56,787 nucleotides of DNA from positions 1-56,787 of the forward strand of contig JASGMG010000001.1 of the NCBI GenBank assembly GCA_030156575.1. The letters are read 5' to 3'. A program made the position numbers and the translations under genes. The stretch is from Patescibacteria group bacterium (GTDB lineage: Bacteria; Patescibacteriota; Saccharimonadia; Saccharimonadales; Saccharimonadaceae). Positions 29,737-38,673 of this stretch are shown here, one piece after another. The notes under the pieces were generated by a model that saw only the letters and a program-made list of their open reading frames with translations, was not told the DNA's origin and made no database searches. Each line of letters starts with the position of its first letter. Position 1 is the stretch's first letter.

Positions 29737-31014
29737 ATGAATGATAAAGAGATCGCTAAATTTATCGCTGGAGAAGAGCTCAGACAACGAGAAGGTCTAG
29801 AGTTGATACCTAGCGAAAATTATGTAAGTCGTGACGTATTAACAGCCCTTGGTAGTGTTTTTACTAATAAATATGCAGAGGGCTATCCAGGTAGGCGTTA
29901 TTATAGTGGGCAAGAATTTACTGATAGAGTAGAGCAGTTGGCGATTGATCGTATTAAGAAGCTATTTAAAGCAGATCATGCTAACGTGCAACCACATTCT
30001 GGTGCGCCTGCTAATGAGGCCGTATATAGTGCTTGGCTAAACCCAGGTGATACAGTACTTGCTATGGATTTGAGTCATGGAGGACATTTAACACACGGTG
30101 CACCTGTTACTAGAAGTGCCAAATTATATAATTTTATTCGTTACAAAATGAAAGACATATCAACAGGCGAGATTGATTATGATAATTTACGTGAGTTAGC
30201 ACTAAAACACAAACCAAAGATAATTTTAGCTGGATTTAGTGCTTATCCGCGTGAGCTTGACTATGCTAAATTTGCCGCAATTGGTAATGAAGTCGGAGCG
30301 TTATTAATGGCTGATATGGCGCATATTGCTGGTCTAATTGCTGGTGGAGTCGCTTCAAACCCATTCGATTATGGGTTTCATGTTATTACAACTACAACAC
30401 ATAAAACACTCCGTGGGCCACGTGGTGGAGTTATATTGAGTAAGGGCAATGTGGGTAATCCATTAACTGCACCTGAAAAAACGATAGAAAACATCCCAAC
30501 TCTTATAGATCGTGCTGTTTTCCCTGGTATGCAAGGCGGTCCACATATAAATACGATTGCGGCTAAGGCTGTTGCTTTTGGAGAGGCTTTGAAGCCAGAG
30601 TTCAGACAATATGCTCAGTGTGTTATAGACAACGCATCTGCATTAGCTGATGAAATGCAAAAGCGAGGTTTTCAACTTGTAACTGGTGGAACGAGCAATC
30701 ATTTGATTTTAGCTGATATAAATAAAAGCTTTGGCATTGACGGTAAGACAGCAGAGCAAGCTTTAAATTCTATTGGACTAACCGTAAATGCGAATGTCAT
30801 ACCTGATGATGAACTACCGTATTATAGGCCTAGCGGCATAAGATTAGGTACTCCAGCTATTACTACAAGGGGACTTAAGGTAGAAGATATGCCGAAGATT
30901 GCTGAGTGGATGAAACTATCGATTGAGAATCGTGATGATATGAATAAATTAAAAGCTTTAAAAGAAGACGTTCGTCTATTTTCCAGCTCTTTTTCTTTGC
31001 CTAGCGATGTCTAG
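29737..31014 (+). CDS. glyA: Serine hydroxymethyltransferase
   Basis: LIPSEN, NKYAEGYPG.RYY, GGHLTHG, TTTHKTLRGPRGG, SGIRLGTPA. Confidence 0.98.
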   Translation: MNDKEIAKFIAGEELRQREGLELIPSENYVSRDVLTALGSVFTNKYAEGYPGRRYYSGQEFTDRVEQLAIDRIKKLFKADHANVQPHSGAPANEAVYSAWLNPGDTVLAMDLSHGGHLTHGAPVTRSAKLYNFIRYKMKDISTGEIDYDNLRELALKHKPKIILAGFSAYPRELDYAKFAAIGNEVGALLMADMAHIAGLIAGGVASNPFDYGFHVITTTTHKTLRGPRGGVILSKGNVGNPLTAPEKTIENIPTLIDRAVFPGMQGGPHINTIAAKAVAFGEALKPEFRQYAQCVIDNASALADEMQKRGFQLVTGGTSNHLILADINKSFGIDGKTAEQALNSIGLTVNANVIPDDELPYYRPSGIRLGTPAITTRGLKVEDMPKIAEWMKLSIENRDDMNKLKALKEDVRLFSSSFSLPSDV

Positions 31015-31034
31015 GCCGTATTGTTTCAGTATCC

Positions 31035-31073
31035 TTATAAAATATCCGCCATTATTTGGCGGATATTTTATAA
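31035..31073. terminator. Bidirectional terminator between glyA and pilin
   Basis: TTATAAAATATCCGCCA-N5-TGGCGGATATTTTATAA. Confidence 0.8.
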
Positions 31074-31091
31074 CATTATAGATTTTTATTA

Positions 31092-31523
31092 TTATGAGCA
31101 GACTGCACCGCCAACTGATATGTATTTGACGCTACCTGACCCTGAATAATCCCAATAACCAACACAAACGCCAGGTGATGTTGTTATGTAAGATATATTT
31201 TTCGTTGCAGTTGTGAGTGCAGAATTTACTAAAGTAATGGATGCGGGTAATTTTGCAACGCCGGCATTAAGTGCTGTTATTGTTCCGGCTGAATCTGTAG
31301 TCCATACTGGATATGCATTATTTTCTGCATAAACTGCTTCAGCGGCGCTTGCTACTGATGATGCGTTTGATTGATTTGTTGCAGTATTAGCTCTCGAAGT
31401 TATGCCCGTATAGGAAACTATAGTGATGGATGCTAATATACCAATAACTACGATAACGACTAAAAGCTCAACGATAGTAAAACCGCTATCTTTTCGTTTA
31501 TTTTTTATATTATTTAGAATCAT
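31092..31523 (-). CDS. Type IV pilin (probable major pilin)
   Basis: SG|FTIVELLVVIVVIGILASI; C-terminal Cys pair; own SD (AGGGGG) and terminator. Confidence 0.88.
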   Translation of the reverse strand: MILNNIKNKRKDSGFTIVELLVVIVVIGILASITIVSYTGITSRANTATNQSNASSVASAAEAVYAENNAYPVWTTDSAGTITALNAGVAKLPASITLVNSALTTATKNISYITTSPGVCVGYWDYSGSGSVKYISVGGAVCS

Positions 31524-31609
31524 TTCTTGATTGCCCCCTGCTTAATAATTGTACTTACTATAAACAATATACTATACTGCTTTGACTAGCACAAGCAGTA
31601 TTATTAATT

Positions 31610-32413
31610 TTATTTAGGAATTGTTGCTCTGACTGTGTTAGATCGGCTAATGTCATTTCCGGCTATGAAATTGGTTGCTGTTATAGTTACACTAATTGTA
31701 GTTGCAGTGTCGCTTGCAGTAGTGTTTATATCGGTAGCGCTAGGATCGGTGTAATAATTTACGTTGAGACCATTAGTACCAACTCCGTTTACTAAATTCA
31801 TGTCTTTAGTTTTGCAAAAAGATAATGTATCGGAAGCTGTTGCTGAACAACTTGGTTGTTGCCATGGGGTAATTGCGGTTTTATTTATTGGATCACAGCC
31901 GTTTATGTAGTTAGATGGCATTATGGTGCGTCTCCATAATGTGTTATTTTTTATAAAGTAGACAATATTTATTGGAATTGTATCATTATTGTCGACCTGT
32001 TGGCTAGTACATGCATTCGGTGAATCTGCGAGATAAACCACACTACGATTTGATGATAATGGACTACCAGTAGTAGCGTAGCTACTTATAATTAGTACAG
32101 TATTGTCTTCTGTGTTCTGAAATTTAGTAGTATCGTCGTTATATCCTTGTGGTGAGCTTATATCAAAGCTATTAGTTGTTAAGAAGCCGTTACTAGATTT
32201 TACATCTTGTTCTATGAGGTTTAATGCATTTTGTACGTTGTATGTTAAGGAATCAGCCGCTTTGGTTATTAGAACTTGATTTGTCATATTAACAATTAAG
32301 GTAATAAAGATGCCAATTACTAAGACCACTATTGGTGCTATAATTAATATTTCAACAGCAGTGAAACCGTCGTTTTTTGGTTGATTAATCGAATTATTAT
32401 TGCACTGTGACAT
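31610..32413 (-). CDS. Minor pilin (PilW/PulJ-like)
   Basis: DG|FTAVEIL, AL..IEQDV, IVYF...TLWRR. Confidence 0.75.
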   Translation of the reverse strand: MSQCNNNSINQPKNDGFTAVEILIIAPIVVLVIGIFITLIVNMTNQVLITKAADSLTYNVQNALNLIEQDVKSSNGFLTTNSFDISSPQGYNDDTTKFQNTEDNTVLIISSYATTGSPLSSNRSVVYLADSPNACTSQQVDNNDTIPINIVYFIKNNTLWRRTIMPSNYINGCDPINKTAITPWQQPSCSATASDTLSFCKTKDMNLVNGVGTNGLNVNYYTDPSATDINTTASDTATTISVTITATNFIAGNDISRSNTVRATIPK

Positions 32414-32804
32414 ATGTCGCATTGCTCACTGATTTTTGTGGACTATTACCATATTTCATAGTAACAAGTATTTTAGATACAGTGTCTAAGTTTGAAGAAT
32501 AAGGGCAGGAAATAATTATAGATATTGTTGTATTGGCTAGGTTATCTACTGTAATAGGTGAATCAGTTAATGGGGTCTGGGGTGTGCAAGGGTTTGTGGC
32601 ACTTGCTTTATATCTTTGTAAATAATCACGGGTCACATCGTTAGCTTGCGCTTGTGCTCGAACTTCGCCACCATCTTTCGTAATTAAGGAATATAGTTGG
32701 TATCCCGATGTAATAAACGCCACTGCAATGAATAAGGTTACTAACAATTCAACGGTAGTGAATCCTTTTGATGGGTTTATTTTATTTTCGTTGATTATTT
32801 TCAT
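32397..32804 (-). CDS. Minor pilin (PilV/PulI-like)
   Basis: KG|FTTVELLV class III signal. Confidence 0.75.
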   Translation of the reverse strand: MKIINENKINPSKGFTTVELLVTLFIAVAFITSGYQLYSLITKDGGEVRAQAQANDVTRDYLQRYKASATNPCTPQTPLTDSPITVDNLANTTISIIISCPYSSNLDTVSKILVTMKYGNSPQKSVSNATYVTVQ

Positions 32805-33337
32805 TGATTTTTACTCGTTATCATACAAACATAACCTGGAGATGGGCAACTATCACTTACATTAGCTACCTCTAACTTATAGTATATATTAAATTTACGA
32901 CAATCTTGAGTTTCAGAGGTGCATAATGTACCGTCACTCTTAATTGGTTGATATATATATTGATTAATTTCAGGTTGAGGTGTCACGGTTGTTGTTGTTT
33001 GCAATTGATTCGTAGCAGGTTTAAAAGTTACAGTCGAGTCGGTTTCATTGGGGGCTGTTATTACCTTAGTGTCGATATCTCTTAACATCAATTTTGTGGT
33101 CTCTAAGTCTTGGGTTACTACTGTGGATGGATATCTACCTAATGTTGAGCTATTATCTGACCCTGAGTTATAAAAGGTGTCAAGATATAACGCTATTGAT
33201 TCTACATCAGTCTTTCGTTCGGTATCACGAGAATTTGCTTGTGAGCTACTTAAATTCACAACAGCAAGTGTCATTAAAATTCCCATTGCTGTGATGATTA
33301 TAATTAGTTCTGTGATTGTAAACCCACGATGATTCAT
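32801..33337 (-). CDS. Pilin-like protein
   Basis: RG|FTITELII, SRDTERKTD, YP motifs; start likely ATG 33337, 7 nt after TATGAT. Confidence 0.78.
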   Translation of the reverse strand: MNHRGFTITELIIIITAMGILMTLAVVNLSSSQANSRDTERKTDVESIALYLDTFYNSGSDNSSTLGRYPSTVVTQDLETTKLMLRDIDTKVITAPNETDSTVTFKPATNQLQTTTTVTPQPEINQYIYQPIKSDGTLCTSETQDCRKFNIYYKLEVANVSDSCPSPGYVCMITSKNQ

Positions 33338-33378
33338 ATCTATAATCATAAACGTTTTAAATATAAATCACAAGTATC

Positions 33379-34398
33379 TTATATTTCTAATGGTTCTTGT
33401 TGAATTTGGATGCGAAAAGTATCACGAATCTTTCCAATTATTTCATCCCGAGCATCAGCAAGGTCTTTATATGATTTTGCTGATTCGTTGATTAATACTA
33501 AGGCATTCTTGTCGTGAACTCGCATGCCATGTAACACTTTACCCTTTAAACCTATTTGTTCGATTAGCCATCCTGTTGGTATCTTATAGTGACCATTTCC
33601 CATGTCATAAGTTGGGATGTCTGGATTTATTTTTTTTAAATCATTAAGTTGCCAAGATTCAATGATAGCATTCTTAAAGAAGGATCCGGTATTTGGTAAA
33701 ATCTTTGGATCAGGGAGTTTATTTTTTCGAATTTCGATTATTGAGTTTCTGATTATTTTTGAAGTAAAAATTTTTATATTATTATCATCGAGGTATTTTT
33801 GTAGTGCGTCGTAAAATGGTGGTTGAGGCTGATTCTTTGATAATTTTATAGTTATAGATGTTATTATATAACGTCCCATTGCTTCACCACGAAAGATGCT
33901 GTCTCTATAAGAAAAGCCACAATCTGAATTTTGCATTGTAATAAACTTATCTATTTTAGTGTCATACGCCTCTAGTGATTGTAACGTATCGGCAATCTCT
34001 TGACCGTAAGCGCCAACATTTTGGACTGGCGAGGCACCGGCGGTTCCAGGTATAGCAGACATTGCTTCAATTCCGCTAAGATTCATGTCTACTGTGCGCT
34101 TAACTATAGCGTCCCAATTTTCGCCACCACCTAGTTTTATAGTAGTCGAGTTTAGACTATCGTTTATTACGCTAAATCCAGAAATTCGCATACGTACTAT
34201 AATTCCGTTAAAGCCTTTGTCGGTTGCTATTACATTACTACCACCACCGAGTATGAATATTGGCAATGATTTGCTTTTAGCATTTTGACATATTTCTGCA
34301 ACTTCCTCTTTGCTATAAACATCTGTCATGAATCGTGCATTACCACCGATCTTCATGGTTGTAAAGTTTTTTAATGGTATATTTGTATGAATCTCCAT
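33379..34398 (-). CDS. murB: UDP-N-acetylenolpyruvoylglucosamine reductase MurB
   Basis: LGGGSN, IPGTAGASPVQNVGAYG, FSYRDS.F, GSFFKN, EP. Confidence 0.96.
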   Translation of the reverse strand: MEIHTNIPLKNFTTMKIGGNARFMTDVYSKEEVAEICQNAKSKSLPIFILGGGSNVIATDKGFNGIIVRMRISGFSVINDSLNSTTIKLGGGENWDAIVKRTVDMNLSGIEAMSAIPGTAGASPVQNVGAYGQEIADTLQSLEAYDTKIDKFITMQNSDCGFSYRDSIFRGEAMGRYIITSITIKLSKNQPQPPFYDALQKYLDDNNIKIFTSKIIRNSIIEIRKNKLPDPKILPNTGSFFKNAIIESWQLNDLKKINPDIPTYDMGNGHYKIPTGWLIEQIGLKGKVLHGMRVHDKNALVLINESAKSYKDLADARDEIIGKIRDTFRIQIQQEPLEI

Positions 34399-34454
34399 AT
34401 TTAATATTATAGCCTATGATTATTATTTATGATATAATTAACAGTAGTAAGTAT

Positions 34455-34531
34455 GCACCCGTAGCTCAGCTGGATAGAGTACTTGGCTTCGAACCAAGGG
34501 GTCGTAGGTTCAAATCCTGCCGGGTGTACCA
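34455..34531 (+). tRNA. tRNA-Arg(TCG)
   Basis: GCACCCG...CTTGG-CTTCGAA-CCAAG...CGGGTGTACCA. Confidence 0.95.
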
Positions 34532-34545
34532 AGTATGGATATAAT

Positions 34546-34572
34546 AAATAGAGGCAGCTAGGCCTCTATTTT
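34546..34572 (+). terminator. Terminator after tRNA-Arg(TCG)
   Basis: AAATAGAGGC-N6-GCCTCTATTTT. Confidence 0.65.
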
Positions 34573-34577
34573 GTTAC

Positions 34578-35067
34578 TTATTTGATAAATGATAAATTGT
34601 CAGATTCCTTGGGTTTTTGTTCAGTTGTATCTTTGTTAGGAACGACAGCAAGAATTACTTTATCGACAGCTGTTTTAATTTGGATTCTGTAGGGTAATTC
34701 TGATATCGCATTATCAAATTTGGCTTTCGAAAGATCACGTCTAATTGTAAGATGCGGAATGAAGTTGTCCTCGTAACTTTTGTGCGTGATATCGCAGAAA
34801 TTATTGTTTTTGCTTACAAAATTAAGTATTTTACTCTGTAGCTTTGACAATTCATTCTTGTCTATCGAATCGATCATAAGCAACCATTATTGGTAATATC
34901 TTGTCTGCCAAAATGAAGCTTAGAAAACTCAACGTTGATTTTACTTGAATAACTATCAAAAAACGGTATCTACGTGATATTCCAGATCATATCTACTTCT
35001 AAAGTTATCTATCCAATTCGGTTTTTCTATTATATTAAAGACCTATGTACATTGCAAAAAATCTCAT
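34578..35067 (-). pseudogene. Frameshifted 2H-phosphoesterase (2'-5' RNA ligase-like) remnant
   Basis: C-terminal frame has FIPHLTI (HxT); upstream fragments MRFFAMYIGL, NIIEKPNWIDNFRSRYD and SKINVEFSKLHF require frame changes to join. Confidence 0.65.
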
Positions 35068-35132
35068 TATTTTTATAAGTGTAACGAATAGGTTTTATTT
35101 CATTATTTTGTTGATCTTGCTAATATAGACTA

Positions 35133-35930
35133 ATGTCTATCATCAATGCGATTATATTAGGATTAGTCCAAGGAATCACGGAGTTCATACCAGTCAGTAG
35201 CTCTGGTCATCTTGCTATCGCTAGTCGTCTATTAGGGGTGGATGGTGCCTTTGCTTTTGATGTGTTATTAAATTTTGGAACTTTACTTGCTTTAATTATT
35301 TTTTATCGGAGGCGTCTTCTTTTTATAACAAAAAACATATTTATTAATAAAAGATGGGGTCTGTTATTGAAGATTATAGTTGCGACAATACCTGCAGTTT
35401 TGTTTGGAATTCTATTAAAAGATAACATTGAAAAACTTAATGAAATGATATGGGTTATTATCGCTACCTTAGCAGTTGTTGGGGTTTTAATGATTATTTA
35501 TGGCAGAGAAAGTTTCGGTGCTGATGATAGAGAGATTGAGTCTTCTGTTGGCTGGAAAGGCGCTATGAGAATTGGTATATCACAAACTTTGGCATTAATA
35601 CCTGGAGTGTCGCGCTCTGGTATTACTATTTTAGCTGGGTTAAGATCGAATTTAAGTGCTTCAAAGGCAGCTGAATTTAGTTTTTTGCTTGCTATTCCTG
35701 TTATTGCTGGAGCTAGCTTAAAAACATTATTTTCTCATGATGGACTTAGCTTTTTCCAGAATAATATAAGTGTTGTTCTTATTGGTAATATCGCATCATT
35801 TACAGCTGGTATATTGGCTGTGAACTTTTTGATAAAATTAATTTCAAAACGAGGGTTAAAAGATTTTGGCTGGTATAGAGTCGGCTTAGCTAGTTTGTTA
35901 ATCATTCTAGTAATTTTTAGAGTTATTTGA
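35133..35930 (+). CDS. uppP: Undecaprenyl-diphosphate phosphatase
   Basis: QGITEFIPVSSSGH, PGVSRSG, AAEFSFLLAIP, FGWYR. Confidence 0.96.
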   Translation: MSIINAIILGLVQGITEFIPVSSSGHLAIASRLLGVDGAFAFDVLLNFGTLLALIIFYRRRLLFITKNIFINKRWGLLLKIIVATIPAVLFGILLKDNIEKLNEMIWVIIATLAVVGVLMIIYGRESFGADDREIESSVGWKGAMRIGISQTLALIPGVSRSGITILAGLRSNLSASKAAEFSFLLAIPVIAGASLKTLFSHDGLSFFQNNISVVLIGNIASFTAGILAVNFLIKLISKRGLKDFGWYRVGLASLLIILVIFRVI

Positions 35931-35987
35931 CCATATGATTTTATATTGCACCAACAGAGGCAATGGTGTACAATAAATTTCTGTAAT

Positions 35988-36064
35988 GGGCCAGTAACTC
36001 AGCTGGTTAGAGTGTCTGCCTCTTAAGCAGAATGTCGTGGGTTCAAGTCCCACCTGGCCCTCCA
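35988..36064 (+). tRNA. tRNA-Lys(CTT)
   Basis: GGGCCAG...TCTGC-CTCTTAA-GCAGA...CTGGCCCTCCA. Confidence 0.95.
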
Positions 36065-36077
36065 GATGTATTATTAT

Positions 36078-36106
36078 AAAACAGAGACATATTGTCTCTG
36101 TTTTTT
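36078..36106 (+). terminator. Terminator after tRNA-Lys
   Basis: AAAACAGAGACA-TAT-TGTCTCTGTTTTTT. Confidence 0.7.
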
Positions 36107-36121
36107 GTTATAATAATTGCT

Positions 36122-36253
36122 ATGAATAAAGCAATTATTATTTCGGGTATGCCCTCAAAAAAAAGATATTACAATCCGAATGCTAATTCTCAATCTAATG
36201 AGCATTGGATACCTTGGTTGCAGAATCAATTATTAAAAAAGCGGTTAAATTAA
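36122..36253 (+). pseudogene. Truncated N-terminus of an RBBP9/YdeN-like alpha/beta hydrolase
   Basis: MNKAIIISGMP...SNEHWIPWLQNQL then stop after 43 codons; TGtTATAAT 7 nt before ATG. Confidence 0.55.
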
Positions 36254-36312
36254 TTTCGGTGGCTATACTAGTTTAATAGAGAAGATAATCTTTTATATAG
36301 GAGCGTGAAATT

Positions 36313-36909
36313 ATGCAAACAGAGATAGAGGCTAAGTGGCTAAGTATAGACCTAAATAAGGTAAGAGCTAGATTACGTGACATTGGAGCGATTTTAATAG
36401 CTCCAGAAAGATTAATGACTCGTCGTACATATGATTACGATAATCATAGACTATGTAAAGTCAACGGTTGGATTAGAGTTCGTGATGAAGGTAACAAGGT
36501 TACGCTCAGCTATAAACAGTTAAACGACAGAACATTGCATGGCACAAAAGAAGTATGCGTTGAGGTTGATAGCTTTAGCAAAACTTGTGACTTTTTAAAT
36601 GCTATTGGTATGAAATCAAAGTCTTATCAAGAAACTAGACGCGAGAGTTGGAAACTTGGTAACGCTGAGATTGAATTAGATACTTGGCCGTGGATTCCGA
36701 GCTTTGTAGAGATTGAAGCTAGTGACGAGGGCGAGTTAAAATCTGTTGCAGAAAAGCTAGATTTTGATTATTCAAAAGCATTACATGGTAGTGTAGAGCT
36801 TGCTTATCAAGCTATTTATGATGTAACAGAGGAAGAGATTGATAGTTGGGAAGAAATATTATTTATTGATACACCTGATTGGTTGTTGTCAAGATTATTG
36901 ATTGTTTGA
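36313..36909 (+). CDS. CYTH domain protein (class IV adenylate cyclase/triphosphatase family)
   Basis: EIEAK (ExExK), WIRVR, TLSYK, ELD...FVEIE. Confidence 0.88.
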   Translation: MQTEIEAKWLSIDLNKVRARLRDIGAILIAPERLMTRRTYDYDNHRLCKVNGWIRVRDEGNKVTLSYKQLNDRTLHGTKEVCVEVDSFSKTCDFLNAIGMKSKSYQETRRESWKLGNAEIELDTWPWIPSFVEIEASDEGELKSVAEKLDFDYSKALHGSVELAYQAIYDVTEEEIDSWEEILFIDTPDWLLSRLLIV

Positions 36910-36926
36910 TTTGTTATAATGGTCTT

Positions 36927-37772
36927 ATGATTATCAAATCTATAAAAGATTTTTTTAAATATTTAAAACCAATTAAACTTCTGAATGTCGGATTTGATTC
37001 TGGTAGTACACATAAGCCAGTCATTGTTATGTTACATGGCATAGGTGCAACTCATAAAACCTGGGACGTATTAATTAAAGAATTTGACGTTAAAGAATAT
37101 CGATTAATAGCGATAGATTTATTGGGTTTTGGTAAGTCACCAATGCCTATAAATTGTGAATATAATGTGGACGACCATGTAAGATATTTACGTAAAACTA
37201 TTAAAAGTTTAGAAGTCAATCGACAATTTACACTAGTAGGTCATTCAATGGGCTCTATTATCGCAGCTCGTTATTGTCATCTTTATCCTAAGAGTATAAA
37301 TCGAGTGTATATGCTAAGCTTACCTTTGTATTTAAAAAATATTAAGGGCACAAATTTCTTTTCAAATAAACAAACTGATCTTTATTTAAACGCTTATAAA
37401 CTAATTAGCAAGAAGAAGGATTTTGCAATAAAATATTCAAAGCGTCTTCGTAATATACTTCGTATAAATGATGGATTGAATGTAGACGAGAGGACTTGGC
37501 ATAGTTTTAGCCTTTCGTTGAAAAATACAATAATCAAACAAAATACCTATAACGACATAAAGAGTATTAAATTACCGATTTATATAATATACGGTATGTT
37601 AGATGAGTTTTTGGTCCAGGACAATATTAAGCAATTAAAACATTTTGATAATATTAAGATAACTAGGTTGGTGGGGGTTAATCATTCGATTGGCGCAAAG
37701 TTTGCAAAATATGTAGCTAATCAAATAATTGTATCGACAGATAATGAAATTATACCTACTAAGGAGCAATAA
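36927..37772 (+). CDS. Alpha/beta hydrolase
   Basis: LHG, DLLGFGKS, GHSMG nucleophile elbow; ATG 36927 lies 6 nt after TATAAT. Confidence 0.88.
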   Translation: MIIKSIKDFFKYLKPIKLLNVGFDSGSTHKPVIVMLHGIGATHKTWDVLIKEFDVKEYRLIAIDLLGFGKSPMPINCEYNVDDHVRYLRKTIKSLEVNRQFTLVGHSMGSIIAARYCHLYPKSINRVYMLSLPLYLKNIKGTNFFSNKQTDLYLNAYKLISKKKDFAIKYSKRLRNILRINDGLNVDERTWHSFSLSLKNTIIKQNTYNDIKSIKLPIYIIYGMLDEFLVQDNIKQLKHFDNIKITRLVGVNHSIGAKFAKYVANQIIVSTDNEIIPTKEQ

Positions 37773-38669
37773 ATGATTAGTAATCAAGCTAAAATTGTCA
37801 AAAAGTTATTAATCGCTTCAAATAATAAGAAAAGATATGATCTTGATTATGTTTACAGAAAACGTAAGAAATACGATAAGAGTCTGGGTGCTATTAATTT
37901 ATTATCTAGAAGATCAAAAATTGAATGGATTGACATTGAAGGCATAAGAATCGTTTCAGTTGCTCCATTGCATGACACAGAAAGGACAATAATATATTTG
38001 CATGGTGGCGGGTTTGTTTTTGGAATGTCGGCAATACATGTAGCTTATGCAGAGCGTTTGGCAAAATCGTGTAATGCAAAGGTTCTACTAATTAATTATA
38101 GTTTATCACCAGAGGCAAAGTTTCCTGTGGCTTTAAATGAAATTCAACTTGTATGGAAAAGGTTAATTAAAGATGGACTTGATCCTACAAAAACGGTAAT
38201 CATGGGTGACTCGGCTGGTGCTAGTTTAGCGATATCTTCTGCTATAAAATTTAAAAACGATAATTTACCACAACCGTCTTGTATGGTATTATTTTCACCT
38301 TCTGTGGACTCAACATTTAGTGGTAAGAGCTATACTACAAATAGCGATAAAGATATAATATTAAGTATTTATATTATGGATTTCTTTATAAGTTCTTACG
38401 TTGAAGATAATTATAAGACAGATCCATTAGTTTCTCCATTATTTGCAAATTTACGCGGGTTACCTCCCTTTTTATTACAGGTTGGCTCGGATGAAATATT
38501 GCTTAGTGAGTGTAAAGCATTTGTCAAACATGCCAAGAAGAGTAAGGTTAAGACAGCTCTATATATAGGTAAGGGTATGTGGCATAATTGGCATTTGTCA
38601 GCAAATTACGTACCGGAATCTAGTAGGTCAATAAAAACAGTTACTGATTATATTATCAGTAACTGTTAG
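37773..38669 (+). CDS. HSL-family esterase/lipase
   Basis: YLHGGG, GDSAG, DE, GMWH. Confidence 0.9.
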   Translation: MISNQAKIVKKLLIASNNKKRYDLDYVYRKRKKYDKSLGAINLLSRRSKIEWIDIEGIRIVSVAPLHDTERTIIYLHGGGFVFGMSAIHVAYAERLAKSCNAKVLLINYSLSPEAKFPVALNEIQLVWKRLIKDGLDPTKTVIMGDSAGASLAISSAIKFKNDNLPQPSCMVLFSPSVDSTFSGKSYTTNSDKDIILSIYIMDFFISSYVEDNYKTDPLVSPLFANLRGLPPFLLQVGSDEILLSECKAFVKHAKKSKVKTALYIGKGMWHNWHLSANYVPESSRSIKTVTDYIISNC

Positions 38670-38673
38670 TTTT

